DNA from: Synechococcus elongatus PCC 6301
Lineage (GTDB): Bacteria; Cyanobacteriota; Cyanobacteriia; Synechococcales; Synechococcaceae
DNA length: 32,000 nt
Assembly: GCF_000010065.1 (NCBI RefSeq)
Contig: NC_006576.1
Span: 2,400,001 to 2,432,000, forward strand
Direction: 5' to 3'
Shown here: in pieces, positions 9,624-18,074 of the stretch
Numbering within the stretch: position 1 is the first letter of the stretch
Layout of the letters: each line of letters begins with the position of its first letter
Position numbers and translations under genes: made by a program
The notes under the pieces: model-generated
Seen by the model: only the letters and a program-made list of their open reading frames with translations
Database searches by the model: none
Told to the model about the DNA's origin: nothing

Positions 9624-10130
9624 GTGAAAGTGTGGCAACGCTGGGTCAAAGGATTGGTACTCGCGATCGCGATCGCATTGGTTGTGGCGCCGACTGCTGC
9701 TTGGGCAGCCAGTTCCGCAGCGATTCGTGCCTTTGATGATGCGGAGGTCACCCGCCAAGACTATTCCGGCCAAAGCCTGATTCAAGCGGAATTTGCCAGC
9801 GTCCGGCTCAAGGGCGTCAGCTTCCGAGGCGCTGATTTGCGCGGCGCAGTTTTCAATGGCGTCGATCTGCGTGAGGCCAACTTTGAAGATGCGGATTTCA
9901 CCGACGGCATCGCCTACGTCAGCGATCTGCGCAATGTCAATTTCCGCAATGCCAATCTCACCTCGGCCATGTTGCTGCAATCAGAACTGCAAGGCTCTGA
10001 TGTGACCGGTGCTGATTTCAGCTTTGCGGTGCTCAGCAAGCAACAAATTACAGCGCTCTGTGAAACTGCCAGCGGCACTAACCCCAAAACGGGCGCGGAT
10101 ACCCGTGAGTCGCTCGGCTGCCCCGACTAA
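9624..10130 (+). CDS. Pentapeptide repeat protein with N-terminal signal sequence (probably lumenal/periplasmic)
   Basis: Hydrophobic LVLAIAIALVVAPTAAWA signal, then FRGADLRGAVFNGVDLREANFEDADF and VNFRNANLTSAMLLQSELQGSDVTGADF repeats; ORF open from 9615, start could be GTG 9624. Confidence 0.85.
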   Translation: MKVWQRWVKGLVLAIAIALVVAPTAAWAASSAAIRAFDDAEVTRQDYSGQSLIQAEFASVRLKGVSFRGADLRGAVFNGVDLREANFEDADFTDGIAYVSDLRNVNFRNANLTSAMLLQSELQGSDVTGADFSFAVLSKQQITALCETASGTNPKTGADTRESLGCPD

Positions 10131-10215
10131 ATCTCAATCGATGACTCAACTCAGCGATCGCTTCTGGACTAAAGGGGCGATCGCTTGTTCTCTTTTTGGG
10201 GAAAATTGACTTCCT

Positions 10216-10956
10216 ATGGACCCAGTCAGCACCAGTTCTGCGCAGCCTGCCACAACTGTCCAAGGCTTGCCGACGGTTATCCTGCCGGGCTACTTAGCGG
10301 GTGCTGCACCCTATCAGCCCTTGGCACAGTGGCTGAGCGATCGCGGTTTTCTAACCACGGTGGTGCCGCTCCAACGCAGCGACTGGTTCCCGACTTTGGG
10401 CGGTAGACCCGTGACGCCGATCCTAGAGGCGCTGGAAGCGACGGTTGCTCAAGTTCTGGCAGCCACAGGTGCAGCGAAAATCAATTTGATCGGCCATTCA
10501 GCCGGCGGCTGGATTTCACGAATTTGGTTGGGCGATCGCCCCTATGGGCCGACTCAGCAGGCTTGGCAGGGACGCGATCGCACGGCAGTGCTGATCTGCC
10601 TTGGCACCCCGCACCGCAGCCAAGAGCGCTGGACACGCCGCAATATCGATTTCGTCAATGAGCACTATCCAGATGCATTCTTCAAAGATGTTCGCTACGT
10701 CTGTGTCGCCGGTAAAGCCGTACAGGGGGCGCGCCGCTGGGGACAGTGGGTGGCTTACAACAGCTACAGCTTAACGATCGGTCAAGGCGACAGTTGGGGC
10801 GATGGGATCACGCCGATCGCGGCCGCCCACCTCGAAGGCGCTTTGAATCTAACCTACGAGGCGGTCTATCACTCACCCCGCCCGAATCGACTCTGGTATG
10901 GCAGCCCAGAAATTGCCGAACAGTGGCGATCGCACCTGGTTACAACAGCGGCGTAA
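10216..10956 (+). CDS. Alpha/beta hydrolase (lipase-like)
   Basis: VILPGYLAGAAPYQPLAQWL..., INLIGHSAGGWISRIWLG (GHSAG nucleophile elbow), CLGTPH. Confidence 0.88.
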   Translation: MDPVSTSSAQPATTVQGLPTVILPGYLAGAAPYQPLAQWLSDRGFLTTVVPLQRSDWFPTLGGRPVTPILEALEATVAQVLAATGAAKINLIGHSAGGWISRIWLGDRPYGPTQQAWQGRDRTAVLICLGTPHRSQERWTRRNIDFVNEHYPDAFFKDVRYVCVAGKAVQGARRWGQWVAYNSYSLTIGQGDSWGDGITPIAAAHLEGALNLTYEAVYHSPRPNRLWYGSPEIAEQWRSHLVTTAA

Positions 10957-11006
10957 CGACCAGCGCAGCAACGACTCCAGCAACGTAACGTTTCTCCTGC
11001 GATCGC
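10926..11006. repeat. HIP1 octamers (GCGATCGC), representative pair of many in the window
   Basis: Exact GCGATCGC at 10926-10933 and 10999-11006; further copies throughout, e.g. 15203-15210. Confidence 0.9.
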
Positions 11007-11092
11007 TGTGGATCAGGGTTGGCTTTGCCACCATCGGGAAGTGACCCGCGATCGGGGCGGGCCTTGGCTTTTCAGTCCCCAGGAGCAAGCGC

Positions 11093-12619
11093 ATGAAGCT
11101 GGCCTATTGGATGTATGCAGGCCCTGCCCATATCGGCACGCTGCGCATTTCCAGTTCCTTCCGCAACGTGCACGCGATCATGCATGCGCCCTTGGGCGAT
11201 GACTACTTCAACGTCATGCGATCGATGTTGGAGCGGGAGCGCAACTTTACGCCGGTGACGACCAGTGTGGTCGATCGCAATGTGCTGGCTCGCGGCTCTC
11301 AGGAAAAGGTAATCGACAACATTCTGCGCAAGGACACGGAGGAGCGGCCCGACCTGATCGTGCTGACCCCCACCTGTACCTCCAGCATCCTGCAGGAAGA
11401 TCTCCAGAACTTTGTCGAGCGGGCCAAGGAAAGTGCTCAGTGCGATGTCCTACTAGCGGACGTCAACCACTACCGCGTCAACGAGTTGCAAGCTGCCGAC
11501 CGCACCCTGGAACAGATTGTCCGCTTTTACCTCGATCGCGCCCAACGGCAAGGCACGCTCCCGAGTCAGCGGACGGAGCAGCCCTCCGTCAATATCTTGG
11601 GCATGACCACTCTCGGCTTCCACAACCGCCACGACACCACCGAACTGCAGCGCTTGATGGCGGACTTGGGGATTACCGTGAACGCAGTGATCCCAGCGGG
11701 TGCTTCTGTAGAAGAACTCCAGCATCTCCCCCGTGCTTGGTTTAACCTCGTGCCCTACCGTGAGGTGGGGCTGCTGACGGCACAGTACCTCCAGGACACC
11801 TTTGATCAGCCAATGGTGGCGATCGCGCCCATGGGCATTACTGCTACGGCAGACTGCATTCGCCAAATTCAACAGGTCTTGAATCAGCAGGGCGCTGCGG
11901 TCGATTTTGAACCCTTTATCGATCGCCAGACGCGCTTTGCCTCGGAAGCCGCTTGGTTTAGCCATTCCATCGACTGTCAGAACCTGACGGGCAAACGAGC
12001 CGTGGTCTTTGGCGACAACACCCATGCGGCGGCCTTCACCAAAATCCTCAGCCGCGAGATGGGTATTCATGTCGTGCTGGCTGGCACCTACTGCAAACAC
12101 GATGCCGACTGGTTTGAGGCAGAAGTGGCAGGGTATTGCGACCGCGTGCTGATCAGTGATGACCACAACGCCATTGCCGACGCGATCGCGGAGCTTGAAC
12201 CAGCCGCGATTTTTGGCACCCAAATGGAGCGCCATGTCGGCAAGCGGCTCAATATTCCCTGCGGCGTTATCGCGGCGCCAGTCCACATCCAGAATTTTCC
12301 CGTTGGCTATCGTCCCTTTGTCGGATATGAAGGTGCGAACCAAATCGTCGATTTGGTCTATAACAGCTTCACCCTCGGCATGGAGGATCACCTGCTAGAA
12401 ATCTTTGGCGGCCATGACACCAAGGAAGTGCTGACCAAAACAGTTTCCGCCGGTAGCGATCTCGACTGGAAACCCGATGGGCTGACGGAACTGAACCGCA
12501 TTCCCGGCTTCGTGCGCGGCAAAGTCAAGCGCAACACCGAGAAATATGCGAGGGAGCAAGGGCTGACGGCCATTACCGCTGAAGTGCTCTACGCTGCCAA
12601 GGAGGCACTCGGGGCGTGA
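11093..12619 (+). CDS. chlB: Light-independent protochlorophyllide reductase subunit B
   Basis: [73 protein letters not shown]..., [42 protein letters not shown]-terminal AKEALGA. Confidence 0.98.
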   Translation: MKLAYWMYAGPAHIGTLRISSSFRNVHAIMHAPLGDDYFNVMRSMLERERNFTPVTTSVVDRNVLARGSQEKVIDNILRKDTEERPDLIVLTPTCTSSILQEDLQNFVERAKESAQCDVLLADVNHYRVNELQAADRTLEQIVRFYLDRAQRQGTLPSQRTEQPSVNILGMTTLGFHNRHDTTELQRLMADLGITVNAVIPAGASVEELQHLPRAWFNLVPYREVGLLTAQYLQDTFDQPMVAIAPMGITATADCIRQIQQVLNQQGAAVDFEPFIDRQTRFASEAAWFSHSIDCQNLTGKRAVVFGDNTHAAAFTKILSREMGIHVVLAGTYCKHDADWFEAEVAGYCDRVLISDDHNAIADAIAELEPAAIFGTQMERHVGKRLNIPCGVIAAPVHIQNFPVGYRPFVGYEGANQIVDLVYNSFTLGMEDHLLEIFGGHDTKEVLTKTVSAGSDLDWKPDGLTELNRIPGFVRGKVKRNTEKYAREQGLTAITAEVLYAAKEALGA

Positions 12620-12675
12620 TCCCGCTGCCTAGCCAGTGCTGTTAGGATGCGAATGCTGTTGTCTGCGATGCAATC

Positions 12676-13020
12676 GTGACTTTACCGGAATTGCCTGCCC
12701 AGCCTGAACTGCTGAAAGCAATTTTGGAACCGCTGCTCGATGACTTTCTCTTCTGGTTTGATCGGGCAGAACAATTGCTGACCAAAGAGTCGATTGACTT
12801 CCTGACGCCAGAAGAGCAGGCTGCCCTTTGCAATCGCTTAGCGGTCGCCACCGCTGAGGTGCGATCGACCCAAGCGCTGTTCAAGGCGATGGACGGCAGT
12901 ATCGGCATCGAAGTTGCAGTCATGAAGCCTTGGCATGCCTTGGTGACTGAGTGCTGGCAAATTGGTGCCCGCTGGCGGCGAGAGCAAGCACAGCAATTGC
13001 CCCCCGAGACGTCACAATAA
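12676..13020 (+). CDS. DUF2605-like cyanobacterial protein
   Basis: LPAQPELLKAILEPLLDDFLFWFDRAEQLL...LTPEEQAAL...MKPWHALVTECWQIGARWR. Confidence 0.7.
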   Translation: MTLPELPAQPELLKAILEPLLDDFLFWFDRAEQLLTKESIDFLTPEEQAALCNRLAVATAEVRSTQALFKAMDGSIGIEVAVMKPWHALVTECWQIGARWRREQAQQLPPETSQ

Positions 13021-13056
13021 AACTAGTCCTTGGTGCCTGAACAGACAGGAGGTTTG

Positions 13057-13392
13057 GTGGTGCTGCAAGCAATCTATATCCTGCTGTTCGCCGTGCTGGC
13101 TATTTTGGCGTTTGCCAATCTGTTCCGCAGTTTGTTTAGCCTGGGCATTGCCAGTCAGCGCGTGACCCAGGCCCCGGCTTGGGATGGGGCCTCAGTGCCT
13201 CATGAACCCCGTCAGCCCACGCTTCATCCGGAGTTGCTGGACGATCGCGGTCGCCTGATCAATGAGCCGTTGTTGGTGATGCGGCAGATCAGCGTCGAAG
13301 ATGTGCGCGATCGCCTTGATGCGCTCTACGAAGCGTCACCGGAAAATAAAGGTGGCGACAGCGAAGAGCCCCCCACCGCTCCGCTCGCCTAA
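13057..13392 (+). CDS. DUF2973-like small membrane protein
   Basis: LQAIYILLFAVLAILAFANLFRSLF transmembrane segment, then HPELLDDRGRLINEPLLVMRQISVEDVRDRLDALYEASP; ORF open from 13030, GTG at 13057 probable start. Confidence 0.7.
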   Translation: MVLQAIYILLFAVLAILAFANLFRSLFSLGIASQRVTQAPAWDGASVPHEPRQPTLHPELLDDRGRLINEPLLVMRQISVEDVRDRLDALYEASPENKGGDSEEPPTAPLA

Positions 13393-14025
13393 TTACCAAT
13401 CGCTCCAATCATCGCGCGCGGCAGGCTCGGCGGGCGTTGCCAACAGTTTTGCAGCGATCGCCCCTCCTACAAAGCCAAAAAGGTGGCCTTCCCAGGAGAC
13501 GCCATCTTGCAGCGGCAGCACGCCCCAAATCAAGCTGCCGTAGAGGAAGAAAGCAACAACCGCAAAAATCAGCGTCGGGAGACTACGGTCAAACAAACTA
13601 GAGCTGAGCAGAAAGCCAAAGAAGCCAAATACTAGGCCACTCGCCCCAACATGAACTGATCGGGCCGATCCAAAGAGCCAAACCCCCAAGCCACTGACCA
13701 GCAGCGTGATTCCCAACGTCACCCAAAAGTCGCGCAGACTGCGGAGGATGATCAGCCCACCTAAAACCAGGAACGGTACGGTGTTCGCAAGCAGGTGGGC
13801 CAAGTTGAGGTGGAGGAAGGGCGCAAACAAAATGCCCCAAAGTCCGCCGAGATTGCGCGGGCGAATGCCGTAGAAGACCAAGCGATTGCTGAACAGCAGA
13901 CTGTTGACTAGGGCGATCGCCCACATTGTTCCCAACAGGATTCCGAGGGACTGTACGCCTGCACCCCACTGCACCAGCGCGGTGCGTTTGGGCGGTTGGG
14001 GATCGAGAGGAGCCGTCATCGTCAA
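13393..14025 (-). CDS. Rhomboid family intramembrane serine protease
   Basis: HLNLAHLLANTVPFLVLGG, VHVGASGLVFGFFGFLL (GASG catalytic Ser), WEGHLFGFVGGAIAAKL (catalytic His). Confidence 0.92.
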   Translation of the reverse strand: MTMTAPLDPQPPKRTALVQWGAGVQSLGILLGTMWAIALVNSLLFSNRLVFYGIRPRNLGGLWGILFAPFLHLNLAHLLANTVPFLVLGGLIILRSLRDFWVTLGITLLVSGLGVWLFGSARSVHVGASGLVFGFFGFLLSSSLFDRSLPTLIFAVVAFFLYGSLIWGVLPLQDGVSWEGHLFGFVGGAIAAKLLATPAEPAARDDWSDW

Positions 14026-14061
14026 TCTCAGAGCACTTGGGTTCCGGCGATCGCTGCCAGT

Positions 14062-14520
14062 TTACCAGCCGTGCAGTTTGCGTTTGAGTTGATCGAGTTC
14101 CTGGCGTAGCAGCGTGACTTCTTCGCGTAGAGTGGTCTGGCCGAGAACCAAATCCAGCCGCTGGGCGATCGCTTCTTGCAGCAGATCCGCTTCCGATAAA
14201 CCTTGATCCTGAGCCTGTTGCTGGAGTTGCTGTTGCCAACTGCGGGGGCAGGCCGTGCCCAACCAGACGCGATCGCTACCGTTCCCTTGCCGGAGCCGTT
14301 GCAAAAGGCGTTGCTGTAAGTCCGGATCGAGCAGCACTAAATCTAAGGCCGCCTCGATCACATCGCCAGCATGGACGGCGTAGCGATCGCAAAAGGTTTC
14401 AAACTCGCGGGGCAGGAGTTGCAGCGGGCGATCGCTCAGTTCGGGGCCGGTCGTGAGGCTTCCTTCCCGTGCGATGGGCGTTCGCGATCGCTTTTTGAGG
14501 CGGTCAAAGGCGTCAGTCAT
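14062..14520 (-). CDS. mcdB: McdB, carboxysome positioning/condensate protein
   Basis: 152 aa; basic N-terminus MTDAFDRLKKRSRTPIAR, Q-rich core (SWQQQLQQQAQDQG), predicted coiled coil LREEVTLLRQELDQLKRKLHGW ending in the McdB-typical C-terminal Trp; directly downstream of mcdA. Confidence 0.92.
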   Translation of the reverse strand: MTDAFDRLKKRSRTPIAREGSLTTGPELSDRPLQLLPREFETFCDRYAVHAGDVIEAALDLVLLDPDLQQRLLQRLRQGNGSDRVWLGTACPRSWQQQLQQQAQDQGLSEADLLQEAIAQRLDLVLGQTTLREEVTLLRQELDQLKRKLHGW

Positions 14521-15278
14521 CAGCAGCCCAGCTTTTCAAGGATCGTCCGGAAAGGATACTCCAGATCGGCATACCCCAGCGCTGCCAAACTCACGCCTTG
14601 GTCGATCGCCTTTTTAAATTGCTCCGATTCCAAAATTGAGGGCAAGATCGGATGGCCTGCGGCAACTTCCTGCATCGATTCCAAACTTTTCTGGCTCTGC
14701 TTGGCTTGGGTACGACCCAACCAGCGATCGCGGAAGGGCAAAATCCCCAGAATCTGTCCCTGAAAGGCTTCCACCTCGCTCATTTCCGCCACGAGGTCGA
14801 GGGTGCGCAAGAGTGAGTTCAGTCCTTTGGAAGAAGCCTCAGCGGGGATCAAGAGCTGATCGGCCGCGCCCACACTGGTCATGCAGAGCTGCGATCGCTG
14901 GGGCGGCGCATCGATCACGCAAAAGTCAAATTGATCCTGCAAAGGACTCAACCGCCGCCGCAAAACAATCGCCCCCATCCCACTTGTCGCTAAAAAATCT
15001 TGGGCGCTATCTAAAGCATCATCAGCGGGGATCAGGGCGAGGCGATCGTCCAAGTTCCACAAACTATCAACGACATCAACTTCTTTTTTGAGCACTTCCA
15101 GTAAGGTAGCTTGCTCAGAACTCAGCTCACAGCCTAGATAAAAACTCAAGCTGGATTGCGGATCAGCATCGATCATCAACACGCGCTTACCCCGCGCCGC
15201 CAGCGATCGCCCGAGGAAAAGTGCCGTGGTGGTTTTTCCTTGTCCGCCTGAGAGCGACGCGCATGTGACCGTCAGCAT
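14520..15278 (-). CDS. mcdA: McdA, ParA/MinD-type ATPase positioning carboxysomes
   Basis: LTVTCASLSGGQGKTTTALFLGRSLAARGKRVLMIDADPQSSLSFYLG; FDFCVIDAPPQR; LIPAEASSKGLNSLLRTLDLV. Track ORF begins 15284 (MSML...); the second ATG at 15278 gives residue numbering matching the K15/K151 I recall from McdA studies. Confidence 0.93.
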   Translation of the reverse strand: MLTVTCASLSGGQGKTTTALFLGRSLAARGKRVLMIDADPQSSLSFYLGCELSSEQATLLEVLKKEVDVVDSLWNLDDRLALIPADDALDSAQDFLATSGMGAIVLRRRLSPLQDQFDFCVIDAPPQRSQLCMTSVGAADQLLIPAEASSKGLNSLLRTLDLVAEMSEVEAFQGQILGILPFRDRWLGRTQAKQSQKSLESMQEVAAGHPILPSILESEQFKKAIDQGVSLAALGYADLEYPFRTILEKLGC

Positions 15279-15427
15279 CGACAACCTCCCAAAGCGAAGA
15301 CGAAATTATAGACCGGATTGCAAACTAAATTGCCTCCCTTCTTTTTTCTTCAGGCAAGGCGCTATTCTTAGTGCTGATCACCACTTGGGTAAAGCTCTGG
15401 TCAGCTCTACACTGAGTTGCTGGTTTT

Positions 15428-15898
15428 GTGTCATCCCCCGTACTCGCTATGACTTCCGAATCCAACCTGCCTGAATCTGCTGTGTCGCAGTCGGTGCGTC
15501 TGGAAGCCCCTCCCCAAGAAGCCTCACCAACGCCCGATAGTGGTGCTCCGCTCACCCTGCCGAGCAGCAATTCTGGCACCACTGCGAGTGAGGTTCAGGA
15601 ATTGCTTCAGCAGGTGGTTGAATGGCTGTCGATCGATAAGCTAGTCACCCTCTTCCAGCAGTATCGCCAACCGGTAATTGCCGTTGGTTTGGCGATCGCA
15701 ACCGTCATTCTTTTGAAAGTTGCCCTAGCGATTCTCGGCGCGATCAACGAAGTTCCGCTGCTCGAACCCACCTTCGAAATTGTTGGTTTGGGTTACTCGG
15801 CTTGGTTTATTTACCGCTACTTGCTCAAAGCTGAAAGCCGCAGCGAATTGCTGGCGCGTTTCAACGCCCTCAAAAAACAAGTACTGGGTGAGCGCTAA
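15428..15898 (+). CDS. CAAD-domain / CurT (CURT1)-like thylakoid membrane protein
   Basis: Acidic/Pro-Ser-rich N-terminus then ...YRQPVIAVGLAIATVILLKVALAILGAINEVPLLEPTFEIVGLGYSAWFIYRYLLKAESRSELLARFNALKKQVLGE: two TM helices flanked by amphipathic helices. Confidence 0.85.
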   Translation: MSSPVLAMTSESNLPESAVSQSVRLEAPPQEASPTPDSGAPLTLPSSNSGTTASEVQELLQQVVEWLSIDKLVTLFQQYRQPVIAVGLAIATVILLKVALAILGAINEVPLLEPTFEIVGLGYSAWFIYRYLLKAESRSELLARFNALKKQVLGER

Positions 15899-15921
15899 TT
15901 TTTCTGGCGTCATCGCTGTCT

Positions 15922-15947
15922 GGGGGGCTAACCAGCCCCCTTTTTGT
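15922..15947 (+). terminator. Intrinsic terminator-like hairpin after CAAD/CurT-like gene
   Basis: GGGGGGCtaaccaGCCCCCtttttg. Confidence 0.8.
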
Positions 15948-16030
15948 AGCAGCGGTCACGGACAAGATCACTGAGCGCTGATCAGACCAATTTGATACGC
16001 TAGCCTAAATAACCTTTGGGAACGGGACGA

Positions 16031-17194
16031 GTGGATATCCAACTGGGGCGCGGCAAGACCGTCCGCAGAGCTTACGGCATTGACGAAATTGCGCTTGTAC
16101 CGGGCGATCGCACGGTAGACCCTGCTGTGACCGACACCCGCTGGACGATCGGCGGAATCGAGCGGGAAATTCCGATTCTGGCCAGTGCCATGGACGGCGT
16201 TGTCGACGTCAAAATGGCGGTGCGTCTCTCACAATTGGGAGCGATCGGGGTGATCAACCTTGAAGGCATCCAAACGCGCTACGAAGATCCAGAGCCGATC
16301 CTCGATCGTATTGCCTCGGTTGGTCCAACTGAGTTTGTGCCCTTGATGCAGGAACTCTACGCCGTTCCAGTCCAAGAGTCTCTGATCCGCAAGCGGATTG
16401 CCGAAGTCAAATCCCAAGGTGGCATTGCTGCAGTCAGTGCGACACCAGCCGGTGCTGCAAAATTTGGCCCTGTCGTTGCTGAAGCCGGTGCTGACCTCTT
16501 CTTCATTCAGGCAACGGTCGTTTCGACTGATCACGTTGCCCCCGAGGGGGTTGAACCGCTCGATTTGGCTGCTTTCTGTCAGTCGATGCCCATTCCAGTG
16601 ATCTTGGGCAACTGCGTCACCTATGACGTTACCCTGAAGCTGCTGAAAGCTGGCGCCGCTGGCATTTTGGTCGGCATTGGCCCCGGTGCAGCCTGTACTT
16701 CGCGCGGGGTTCTGGGCGTTGGGATTCCCCAAGCGACTGCTGTCTCGGACTGTGCAGCGGCTCGCGACGACTACGAGCGGGAAACTGGTCGCTATGTACC
16801 GATCATTGCGGATGGTGGCCTAATCACCGGTGGTGATATCTGCAAGTGTATTGCTTGCGGTGCCGATGCTGTGATGATTGGCTCTCCCTTCGCACGAGCT
16901 GCAGAAGCGCCGGGTCGTGGCTTCCACTGGGGGATGGCGACACCGAGCCCCGTCTTGCCGCGCGGTACCCGTATCAAGGTAGGCACCACCGGCACGCTCG
17001 AACAAATCCTGCGCGGACCCGCACAACTGGATGATGGCACTCATAATTTCCTGGGTGCCCTGAAAACCAGTATGGGAACGTTGGGCGCGCAAACCCTCAA
17101 GGAAATGCAACAGGTTTCTGTGGTGATTGCGCCTTCCCTGCTGACGGAAGGGAAGGTCTACCAGAAAGCTCAGCAACTGGGGATGGGCAAATAA
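16031..17194 (+). CDS. guaB3: GuaB3 family IMP dehydrogenase-related protein
   Basis: DIQLGRGKTVRRAYGIDEIALVPGDRTVDP, CVTYDVTLKLLKAGAAGILVGIGPGAACTSRGVLGVGIPQATAVSDC, IADGGLITGGDICKCIACGADAVMIGSPFARAAEAPG; GTG at 16031 probable start. Confidence 0.93.
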   Translation: MDIQLGRGKTVRRAYGIDEIALVPGDRTVDPAVTDTRWTIGGIEREIPILASAMDGVVDVKMAVRLSQLGAIGVINLEGIQTRYEDPEPILDRIASVGPTEFVPLMQELYAVPVQESLIRKRIAEVKSQGGIAAVSATPAGAAKFGPVVAEAGADLFFIQATVVSTDHVAPEGVEPLDLAAFCQSMPIPVILGNCVTYDVTLKLLKAGAAGILVGIGPGAACTSRGVLGVGIPQATAVSDCAAARDDYERETGRYVPIIADGGLITGGDICKCIACGADAVMIGSPFARAAEAPGRGFHWGMATPSPVLPRGTRIKVGTTGTLEQILRGPAQLDDGTHNFLGALKTSMGTLGAQTLKEMQQVSVVIAPSLLTEGKVYQKAQQLGMGK

Positions 17195-17299
17195 AGCAAA
17201 TCAGCCTACATGAGCGATCGCTCATGTGGGTATGAAGAAACCGCTGCGGCCCAAAAGTTCTTGCGGCGCTCTGGAAAAGCATCACTTAGAATGAGGTTA

Positions 17300-17366
17300 G
17301 CGGAGACAAATGTTTCCGTTCACTCCTCACACCACACTTCGCCCGGGCAACGCTCGGGCGTTTTTT
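17300..17366 (+). ncRNA. yfr1: Yfr1 small regulatory RNA
   Basis: -10-like TAGAAT (17287-17292), 5' stem-loop GCGGAGACaaaTGTTTCCGT, unpaired ACTCCTCACACC (17322-17333, hallmark Yfr1 motif), terminator hairpin CGCCCGggcaacgCTCGGGCG + T6; located between guaB3 and trxA as known for Yfr1. Confidence 0.93.
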
Positions 17367-17499
17367 ATGCGATCGCCCCTAAAACTCTGATCCCCATTGT
17401 TAACCCACTTATGAATTCTTTCGTTTCCTAGCAGACAGGGTCATGAGACATCCGCTATCTTAGGATTTTAATGACCTGATCCAAGCAAAGGCTGAACCT

Positions 17500-17823
17500 A
17501 TGTCAGTAGCTGCCGCTGTGACAGACGCCACTTTCAAGCAAGAAGTGCTCGAAAGTAGTATTCCGGTACTGGTTGATTTTTGGGCGCCTTGGTGTGGACC
17601 TTGTCGGATGGTTGCTCCTGTTGTCGATGAGATTGCTCAGCAATATTCCGATCAAGTCAAAGTTGTCAAAGTCAACACGGACGAAAACCCCAGCGTTGCG
17701 AGTCAGTATGGGATTCGTAGCATCCCAACGCTGATGATCTTTAAAGATGGTCAGCGGGTAGATACGGTTGTTGGTGCTGTTCCCAAAACCACCTTGGCGA
17801 ACACGCTAGATAAACATCTCTAG
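17500..17823 (+). CDS. trxA: Thioredoxin (m-type)
   Basis: [74 protein letters not shown]. Confidence 0.97.
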   Translation: MSVAAAVTDATFKQEVLESSIPVLVDFWAPWCGPCRMVAPVVDEIAQQYSDQVKVVKVNTDENPSVASQYGIRSIPTLMIFKDGQRVDTVVGAVPKTTLANTLDKHL

Positions 17824-17860
17824 GATGTTTTTCTTGCTTTAACGTAACGTCTTCTTCATG

Positions 17861-17894
17861 TCAGCGCCTTGAGTTTTCCTCAGGGCGCTTTTGT
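17861..17894 (+). terminator. Intrinsic terminator-like hairpin after trxA
   Basis: AGCGCCttgagttttcctcaGGGCGCTtttgt. Confidence 0.7.
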
Positions 17895-17951
17895 GTGCTT
17901 GAGCCCTAATGATCGCCACGATCATCGGTGGTCTTTGCACAATAATTCCTA

Positions 17952-17975
17952 ACAAAAAACCCCAAAAATTGGGGG
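17952..17975 (-). terminator. Intrinsic terminator-like hairpin facing the minus strand (downstream of hisA)
   Basis: Minus strand CCCCAATTTTTGGGGTTTTTTGTTA. Confidence 0.65.
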
Positions 17976-18074
17976 TGTAGTGCTTCTGCTGTGACGAACG
18001 CTCAAGTTATGAAGAAAATATTGCAGGCACTCAGGAATAACTGCACAGAAATTTTGATTTTCTTAACCTTTGGC

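Noticed and set aside
11453-12391. 312 aa minus-strand ORF
   Set aside because: Fully antisense to chlB, which is unambiguous; long antisense ORFs are common in GC-rich genomes.
13598-14239. 213 aa minus-strand ORF (MATATPATGSGSR...)
   Set aside because: Out-of-frame low-complexity translation across the rhomboid and mcdB genes.
14520-15278. Interpretation as a plasmid/chromosome partition parA or antitoxin pair
   Set aside because: No ParB, no parS-like repeats noticed, Walker A lacks the signature lysine, and the partner matches McdB.
17340-17366. Hairpin as a guaB3 terminator only
   Set aside because: It lies about 150 nt after the guaB3 stop and fits as the 3' end of Yfr1, with its own -10 box and conserved unpaired motif.
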